Below, one piece after another: positions 57,752 to 64,000 of a stretch of DNA of 64,000 nucleotides. Origin of the DNA: an uncultured Saprospiraceae bacterium (GTDB lineage: Bacteria; Bacteroidota; Bacteroidia; Chitinophagales; Saprospiraceae); NCBI GenBank assembly GCA_937923485.1, contig CALDUE010000095.1, positions 619 to 64,618 on the forward strand, read 5' to 3'. The translations under genes and the position numbers were made by a program. The notes under the pieces are model-generated. The model searched no databases, had not been told where the DNA came from, and worked only from the letters and a program-made list of their open reading frames with translations. How positions within the stretch are numbered: the stretch's first letter is position 1; each line of letters starts with the position of its first letter.

Positions 57752-60700
57752 TTACGCGTCTGTAGAAGCTTTTGCTTCAGCAGCTCTCGTAAAGCTTCCT
57801 GAAGAAGCAGAAGAGGTGCTTGTAATTGTCTTAGGCTTCGGCTTAATGTCTTTCACCAAGTCATTCACTGTAGCAGATGCCACGAAGATTGATGAGTATG
57901 TACCTACCATAATACCTACCAAGAGCGCGAATGCAAATCCTCGAATACTTCCACCACCGAAGGCGAATAGCATACCCACAACCAAGAGAGTAGTAAGTGA
58001 GGTGATAAGCGTACGACTTAGCGTGCTGTTGATCGCAAGGTTGAAGATCTCTTCCTTCGAACGTCCCGTGTAGGTTCCAATGAACTCACGAATACGGTCA
58101 AATACAATTACCGTATCGTTAACCGAGTAACCAATCACCGTAAGAATTGCGGCAACGAAGGCTTGATCGATTTCCATGCTGAATGGAAGGATACCATGTA
58201 GAAGACTGAATACACCTAATGTGATGATAACATCGTGGAACAACGCAGCAACCGCTCCTATTGAGAATTCCCATCGAGAGAAACGAATGAAGAGGTAGAA
58301 GAAGATTAAGAGTAGTGCTGCAATACCTGCCTTGAAAGAAGACGAGCGGATGTCATCTGCAATCGTCGGACCGACCTTTGAAGAACTGATGATACGCGTA
58401 GCATTCAGTTGGTCTGGCGTGTTGAACGCTTCCATGTCGATTCCAGGTTGAACCGCCGATACTCCTTTAAAAAGTGCAGCAGTCACAATGTCTTGCGCAT
58501 CCTGTGCTGGATTATCTACCTGGTAGCTTGTAGTGATGTTGAAGGTCTGTGAACCGTCGACAGCCTTTACTACTGTACTTGAACTTTCGAAGGCTGTAGA
58601 AAGCGCATCGCGAAGTTGTTGCTGATCAACTGTTTGGTCGATGAACTCGACGTTGTAGCTGTATCCTCCTCTGAAATCTACACCAAGGTCAAAGCCTCGG
58701 GTAAAGATGCTAGCAAGTGAAGCGATGATCAGGACAGAAGAGATAGCGTATCCAATCTTGCGCTTACCCATCCAGTCGATGTTGATCTTAGAAAGCACAT
58801 TCTCAGAGAACCCAGTTGAGAAACCAAGTTCCTTTCCTCCGCTTGTTCTCCAGTCAATAAGTAGACGAGTGATCAATACGGCAGTAAAGAGTGAAGTAAA
58901 GATACCGATCATCAAGACAACCGCGAATCCTTTGATAGGACCGAGACCCCAGTAGTTGAGGACAAAAGCTGTAAGCAGCGTGGTTACGTTGGCATCAATA
59001 ATCGCCGAGTAGGAGGCAGAGAAGCCATCCTTGATCGCGACCAAGTTTGATTTACCCGTCCGCAATTCTTCTCGAATACGCTCATAGATGATAACGTTGG
59101 CATCGACCGCCATACCTATCGTCAATACAATACCAGCGATACCAGGCAAGGTCAAGACCGTACCGAAGCTCGATAGTGCACCGAAGATGAAGAAGATATT
59201 GGCGAGAAGTGCGAGAATTGATACGAAGCCAGCACCACTGTAGTACACCACCATGAAGAGGAGTACAAGCGCAAAACCAATGATCAATGCACGAACAGAG
59301 CTGTTAATGTTGTCCTGTCCAAGAGATGGACCAACAACACTTTCTTGAATGATTCGCGTCTCTGCGGGTAGTCGACCTACCTCAATCTTCGTAGCAAGAT
59401 CTTGTGCTTCCTGAATGCTGAAGCCACCAGTAATTCGTGATCGACCACCTGTAATAGGTTGATTGATGACTGGAGCACTTACGACTTCATTGTCAAGTAC
59501 AATGGCGAATTCACGACCAACGCGAGTTGTCGTAATCTCAGCCCACTCGCGTGCACCGGTTTGGTCCATGGTGATGTTGACTTCAACTTCACCAGATCCC
59601 TGGACGTCTACACTTTGACCAGCATCAATGATGTGTGATCCACTTAATGCAGGTTCACCGCCAGGTTGCGTACGAAGCGCATAAACAGTGTAGTCAGATG
59701 TGAATTCACGAGTTTCGCGATCACGAATTGGCTTTTGAGAGATGACAAATTTCGCATCCTGAGGAACACTTTTCTTAAAGGTCTCAGAATCGAAGATGTC
59801 AGCCAACTTATCCTTATTGATACGAGTCGTGTAACCAATAACAGCAGTCGCTCCCTGTTGAGGGTTGAGTGGCTGGAACAAGCTAAACAAGGCACCAACA
59901 TTGGCTGCTTCATCCGTGTACAGCGTATCGTAACCGATGATGCTTGTTGTGTCTATGTTACCAAGATTATCTGTGGCGTACTGAGGTGTAATTGAGGCAA
60001 TCTCAGGTTCTGAGTTCTCTCCACCTCCATTTTCAGCAGTTAATGCTTCATTGGCATTTACAAGCGCTTGGAAAATACCAGCATCTGTGTTGCGATAGAC
60101 ATCGTAAAAATCGAGGGCAGCCGCAGATTGGAGAATCTTACGAACACGTGCAGGGTTATCAATACCTGGAAGCTCTACCACGATAAGGTCGCGTGCTTCG
60201 TCAAGTGATACGTTTGGTTGAAGTACACCCAAACGGTCTATACGCTCTTTAAGTAGCGAGTAGGTAAGCTTTACAGTTTCTTTCGAGAGCTCGCTCAACG
60301 TACGTGCAACTTCACCGTCTGAGGTCTGAAAGCTAATCTCATCGCGGAGTGTTTCACTTCGTGAGAAAATGCTAGCCAACGACTTTCCATTTGCCTGAGC
60401 AATGAAATTGTCGACGAAGAGTGTTACGTAGTCAGACTGAGAACTTGCCTGTTGTTTGTCAGCGGCATCGAGTGCGCCGACGAACGTAGGATCAGTACTG
60501 TTACCACTGAGCTTTTCGAGAAATGTACGTAGATCCACTTGCATGATCACACTCATTCCGCCCTTAAGGTCAAGTCCGAGGTTTATCTGCTGTTGCTTTA
60601 CATCAGCATAAGTGAAGTCACGAATTCCCGCTAGACTCCAAACGTTCTCATTCGACATAGAGTCGAGATAAGCACGTCGTGCAGCGTTGTAACTTGTTGT

Positions 60701-60853
60701 CTTGTCAGTGCCTTCAAGGCTCATGACTTGCGTATCGGCGAAGCTTTCAGCATCTGATTCTACCCGATTTGCAGGGATGAAAAACAGAAGTTGATAGACA
60801 CAGATAACGGTTAGCAGGATGAGGAAGAACCTCACTATCCCTTTCCCTTGCAT
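57752..60853 (-). CDS. secDF: Fused protein-export membrane protein SecDF
   Basis: 1033 aa with two 6-TM SecD/SecF modules and large periplasmic loops. Confidence 0.95.
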   Translation of the reverse strand: MQGKGIVRFFLILLTVICVYQLLFFIPANRVESDAESFADTQVMSLEGTDKTTSYNAARRAYLDSMSNENVWSLAGIRDFTYADVKQQQINLGLDLKGGMSVIMQVDLRTFLEKLSGNSTDPTFVGALDAADKQQASSQSDYVTLFVDNFIAQANGKSLASIFSRSETLRDEISFQTSDGEVARTLSELSKETVKLTYSLLKERIDRLGVLQPNVSLDEARDLIVVELPGIDNPARVRKILQSAAALDFYDVYRNTDAGIFQALVNANEALTAENGGGENSEPEIASITPQYATDNLGNIDTTSIIGYDTLYTDEAANVGALFSLFQPLNPQQGATAVIGYTTRINKDKLADIFDSETFKKSVPQDAKFVISQKPIRDRETREFTSDYTVYALRTQPGGEPALSGSHIIDAGQSVDVQGSGEVEVNITMDQTGAREWAEITTTRVGREFAIVLDNEVVSAPVINQPITGGRSRITGGFSIQEAQDLATKIEVGRLPAETRIIQESVVGPSLGQDNINSSVRALIIGFALVLLFMVVYYSGAGFVSILALLANIFFIFGALSSFGTVLTLPGIAGIVLTIGMAVDANVIIYERIREELRTGKSNLVAIKDGFSASYSAIIDANVTTLLTAFVLNYWGLGPIKGFAVVLMIGIFTSLFTAVLITRLLIDWRTSGGKELGFSTGFSENVLSKINIDWMGKRKIGYAISSVLIIASLASIFTRGFDLGVDFRGGYSYNVEFIDQTVDQQQLRDALSTAFESSSTVVKAVDGSQTFNITTSYQVDNPAQDAQDIVTAALFKGVSAVQPGIDMEAFNTPDQLNATRIISSSKVGPTIADDIRSSSFKAGIAALLLIFFYLFIRFSRWEFSIGAVAALFHDVIITLGVFSLLHGILPFSMEIDQAFVAAILTVIGYSVNDTVIVFDRIREFIGTYTGRSKEEIFNLAINSTLSRTLITSLTTLLVVGMLFAFGGGSIRGFAFALLVGIMVGTYSSIFVASATVNDLVKDIKPKPKTITSTSSASSGSFTRAAEAKASTDA

Positions 60854-61204
60854 AGTATGCGGTTTTCAGTAGAGAGTGCGACTTTGATTCGCAGATTATA
60901 AAATCTTACGGTAAAAGCGGCGCGAAGATACGAGAATGTACATGAACAATGCGCAGGTTTTACGCGATATGATCAAATAGGCGAAGACTTTTGATTGCAT
61001 AACCACCTGACTATACGTATTCTGGGATATTTTGCCCCTTATTCGGTAGGTTGTAAAGAACTTTTTGGCAGGTTTTGGCGAAAGCATGAGGGTTTTTGTC
61101 TTCTCAAGGCTTGATTCCGTCTACTAAATGATGACGTTAGGACTAAATCTAGCCTAGCTATCAAGCTTAAAATTACCTTCACCCCACACTTAAAATTCTA
61201 CCCC

Positions 61205-61708
61205 ATGGGAGTATTCTCCTTTCTAAAGAACGCTGGCGCCAAAATCTTTGGCCGCGATAACGACGAAGCAGCTGTAAAGGCCGCTGCTGCCGAATCTGCT
61301 GCTAAGGACGCACGTCAAGCTGAAATGTTAGAACGCCAGCGCGGTGTTCTACTACGTAGTGTTGTTGACAGCACTGGAATTCCAATCGAAAACCTTGATC
61401 TCAACGTCGACAAAGATGCTGTAACGATTTATGGTCAAGTTATGGAGCAGCAGCACAAAGAGAAGCTCATTCTCGCACTAGGCAATGTTACAGGAATCGC
61501 TACTGTCGATGATCGTGTAACGGTTGTAAATCCAGAGCCAGAAGCTGATTTCTATGAAGTTAAAAGCGGCGACAGCCTTTCTAAAATTGCCAAGAAATTC
61601 TACGGAAACGCAATGGCTTACCCTGAAATCTTCGAGGCAAACAAGCCAATGCTCAAGGATGTAGATAAAATCTACCCTGGACAAATGCTTCGCATTCCGA
61701 AGAAATAA
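61205..61708 (+). CDS. BON plus LysM domain protein (Kbp/YgaU-like)
   Basis: 167 aa; central BON-like segment and C-terminal LysM (YEVKSGDSLSKIAKKFYGNAMAYPEIFEANKPMLKDVDKIYPGQMLRIP). Confidence 0.85.
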   Translation: MGVFSFLKNAGAKIFGRDNDEAAVKAAAAESAAKDARQAEMLERQRGVLLRSVVDSTGIPIENLDLNVDKDAVTIYGQVMEQQHKEKLILALGNVTGIATVDDRVTVVNPEPEADFYEVKSGDSLSKIAKKFYGNAMAYPEIFEANKPMLKDVDKIYPGQMLRIPKK

Positions 61709-61792
61709 CAGGCTACAACTACTAGCCTTTACTTCGAATATTGGCTCGGAACTAAAAGCAGGCTCTTGACGGAATGTCGAGTGCCTGTTTTT

Positions 61793-63034
61793 TTATGCTT
61801 TACATTGACGAGCAGCGTGTTTGCCCGCTAAGTGGCCAGCCATCATGGCTCCCTGTAAACTTGGATGAAGTCGCCAATCCCCAGTTTCGATGACCTGCTC
61901 ATCTCCCCAGCGCGTGACGTCACCTTTCCAAGAGACGTGTCTACTTGAAGGCAAGGCGAAGGGAATATCATAGTGACGCAAAGGTGTCCAATTTGGAAGC
62001 TCATCGGCCAACCAAGGGGCCAGATAGGTTTTGGCTTGCTTAGCGTAATACGCTAGCGTTTCGCCAGCTTTGGTGAATAGAGTGACACTTATCAAGTGTT
62101 GACCAGTTGGGGCGTAACTAGGCTGTGCTCCATCAAGTATCGCTACGTTATTTACTGGGCAACCACCTGGCAGCAACGTAATCACGTTTTTAGGCAAAGA
62201 AGTTTCAGTCGCAGAAAAATAAACGTTGACTGTGCTTAACCAACTGGATTTTGGATGCTCCATATTCGAAGGTGGAGCCGTAGCCATAATCACTTGTTTG
62301 GCCTTGAGCGTACCTGTGCTAGTGACAACCTCAACAAATTCTTCCTGTTTGAGGACCTCTTTAACGGAGGTGGATAGCATCAATACTTCAGAAGGAAGTC
62401 GACTGGCGAGTTGCTCTGCCACGGCTTGTAACCCACCTTGCGGCAAAACGGCCTGACCTTCAGCAAACATCTTGAAGGTAAAGAGGAACATCCTGCTAGA
62501 TGTCATCAGATCTCGCTCAAGAAAAATTCCACCATAAAATGGTCTGAAAAATAAGCTCACCATATTCTCTGAGAATCCCCATCGGATGAGGAAGTCATCA
62601 GTGCTCATTTCAGGCTCTTGGAAAAGCTTCTCGCAAGAAGTTGTCTTAACCTTTCTTACAAGTTTGAGCAGTTTTAGCTTATCGCCAAAACTGCCGACAG
62701 GACTGCGGAGTGTGTTAATCAGCATATCCGGTTGACGAAGTGGATCACCAATGGTGGTCCGTTTACCATCTGGAAGAAGGATGTGAGCGCCTGGAGCAAA
62801 AGCCTTTGTTTCAAGAGCTGGCTCGTTAATCCACCGTTTGATTGCTGGATAGGCATTCAATAGCACCTGAAAACCATGGTCAAACTGGAAGCCGTCAACA
62901 CTTTCGGTAGCTAAACGGCCTCCAACTCGATCATCACGCTCTAGGAGAAGGACTTTTTTCCCCTCCTCTAACACCGTCAGTGTGGCAACAAGACCAGTGG
63001 CACCTGCACCAATGACGATTACATCCGCATCCAT
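61793..63034 (-). CDS. NAD(P)/FAD-dependent oxidoreductase (amine-oxidase/desaturase fold)
   Basis: VIVIGAGATGLVATL dinucleotide motif at the N-terminus; 413 aa. Confidence 0.85.
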   Translation of the reverse strand: MDADVIVIGAGATGLVATLTVLEEGKKVLLLERDDRVGGRLATESVDGFQFDHGFQVLLNAYPAIKRWINEPALETKAFAPGAHILLPDGKRTTIGDPLRQPDMLINTLRSPVGSFGDKLKLLKLVRKVKTTSCEKLFQEPEMSTDDFLIRWGFSENMVSLFFRPFYGGIFLERDLMTSSRMFLFTFKMFAEGQAVLPQGGLQAVAEQLASRLPSEVLMLSTSVKEVLKQEEFVEVVTSTGTLKAKQVIMATAPPSNMEHPKSSWLSTVNVYFSATETSLPKNVITLLPGGCPVNNVAILDGAQPSYAPTGQHLISVTLFTKAGETLAYYAKQAKTYLAPWLADELPNWTPLRHYDIPFALPSSRHVSWKGDVTRWGDEQVIETGDWRLHPSLQGAMMAGHLAGKHAARQCKA

Positions 63035-63037
63035 AGT

Positions 63038-64000
63038 TTACTGCTTGTTGAGTGACCAGTCGTAGTCATCAAACACAATTGTTGCGTTGCCTGGGATCGA
63101 AGTGTACTTCCCGATGAAAGCTTTTACGTCGCCAAAGTCTTTTCCATACCAGTCAAAAATTGAGCTTGCATGGAAAGTTGAGCCTTCGAGGTAATTGTAA
63201 GTCTTGTCGTTGAGGAAGTCTTTCGTTTGCTCTTCAAGTTGTGCATCGAGTCTACTGGCAACGAAAGCTTCGTTACGAATCGGAGGACATGACTTAGCTG
63301 CACAGTTTACAGCGAAGTGAATACGCGGCTCACCAAAGGTTGGACGAATGATTCCATTCTCGATTTCATTGAGTGTGTAAATCTTGTCTCCAAGAGTCAC
63401 AACTTTCATGTCCCAAGGCTTGCCATTGTTGATGTCCTTAATGGTAGACACGGGGTAGTTGTCCAGGAGTAGGTTAATCGTGGTAGCGTTGTATGCATTG
63501 ATCCAGTAAGCAAGCTTTTCGTTTCGCTTCCAAGAGTCCTGAGGAGCATTTTCTGCAAGCATAGCGAGGTACTTCTTCAATATTGCCTGATCTTTCTTAA
63601 AGGCTGCATAGTCTACTTTTGCTCCAACAACATGCTGCTTGAGTAGTCCAGAGAAGGCAGCATGAGAAGGAGCCTCAGCAACATCTTTCATCTCCTTTTT
63701 TGCAGGAGGTGTAGCTGCTTCAGCAGCGTCGCTCATTTCTTTTTTTGCAGGAACGGTCGTAGTTGTATTCTGAACCTTTGTCACTACAGTCTTGGCCGAG
63801 TTTGATACTGATGCGGACGTTTTGGTTACAGCTGATGTCGTCTCCTTTTTAGCAGTTGATGCCACTTTCTTTGTCACGGTTTCAACTTTTTCCTTTGCCT
63901 TTTTGGCTGGTGTAGGATTTGAAACTTTTGCCATGACTTCTTTAGCAGAAGCTGTGTTGTTAGCATCTGCGGCCTTGTCTATCATTTCTTTTGCGGGCGT
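63038..64000 (-). CDS. DUF547-domain protein with an Ala/Lys/Thr-rich low-complexity N-terminus; probably continues past the window end
   Basis: The C-terminal 200 aa fit DUF547 (EKLAYWINAYNATTINLLL, IHFAVNCAAKSCPP). The reading frame stays open from 63985 to 64000, and the PAK(K)EM motif recurs there. Confidence 0.8.
   Translation of the reverse strand, partial: TPAKEMIDKAADANNTASAKEVMAKVSNPTPAKKAKEKVETVTKKVASTAKKETTSAVTKTSASVSNSAKTVVTKVQNTTTTVPAKKEMSDAAEAATPPAKKEMKDVAEAPSHAAFSGLLKQHVVGAKVDYAAFKKDQAILKKYLAMLAENAPQDSWKRNEKLAYWINAYNATTINLLLDNYPVSTIKDINNGKPWDMKVVTLGDKIYTLNEIENGIIRPTFGEPRIHFAVNCAAKSCPPIRNEAFVASRLDAQLEEQTKDFLNDKTYNYLEGSTFHASSIFDWYGKDFGDVKAFIGKYTSIPGNATIVFDDYDWSLNKQ

Noticed and set aside
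60896-61087. 63 aa ORF in the secDF-kbp intergenic region
   Set aside because: It has no family resemblance and Lys/Arg/Ile-rich composition, and it lies in a divergent promoter region. The region is noted only because it holds one copy of the 14-mer.
3751-62695. A 16-mer, GTTTTGGCGATAAGCT, shared by the DUF72 gene (~3750-3765) and the oxidoreductase gene (~62680-62695); it encodes FGDKL in both
   Set aside because: About one chance 16-mer coincidence is expected among all pairs in 64 kb on both strands. It may be a one-base-insertion relative of the 14-mer family, but on its own it is not significant.

Overview
This 64 kb chromosomal segment looks Bacteroidota-like. The inference rests on a giant surface protein with a T9SS-type C-terminal sorting domain, an alternative complex III (actABCDEF) plus aa3-type cytochrome oxidase supercluster, a BshB1-like deacetylase and a fused SecDF. 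Most of the window is core metabolism and respiration: ppk1, tpiA, lpdA, thyA, ung, ribA, aldehyde dehydrogenase and secDF. Accessory or unusual content is as follows. (1) A partial IS3-family element at the left edge has a textbook A6G -1 frameshift site, and a ~170 bp MITE-like relative lies 35 kb away. (2) A C39-peptidase/ABC-like protein has every ATPase motif degenerate and sits next to a truncated HlyD-like protein. (3) The respiratory genes carry odd fusions and tails: a Met/His-rich repeat on ActE, a His-rich insert in ActF, an OmpA-like domain on CoxII, and a SCO-position protein without CxxxC. (4) A four-unit 117 bp tandem array lies directly downstream of tRNA-Arg; each unit carries a terminator-like hairpin and a segment complementary to the 3' end of that tRNA. 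(5) A 2568 aa adhesin-like gene contains 1002 bp near-identical tandem duplications. (6) A 127 nt imperfect hairpin sits in a 400 bp convergent intergenic gap. (7) The 14-mer GCTTTCGCCAAAAC recurs 8 times exactly, with flanks that share no similarity apart from a frequent A just 5' of the motif. It occurs in two reading frames and in intergenic DNA. No CRISPR array, rRNA or recognisable defence or toxin system was seen. All product calls come from reading motifs in the supplied translations; no database search was run.
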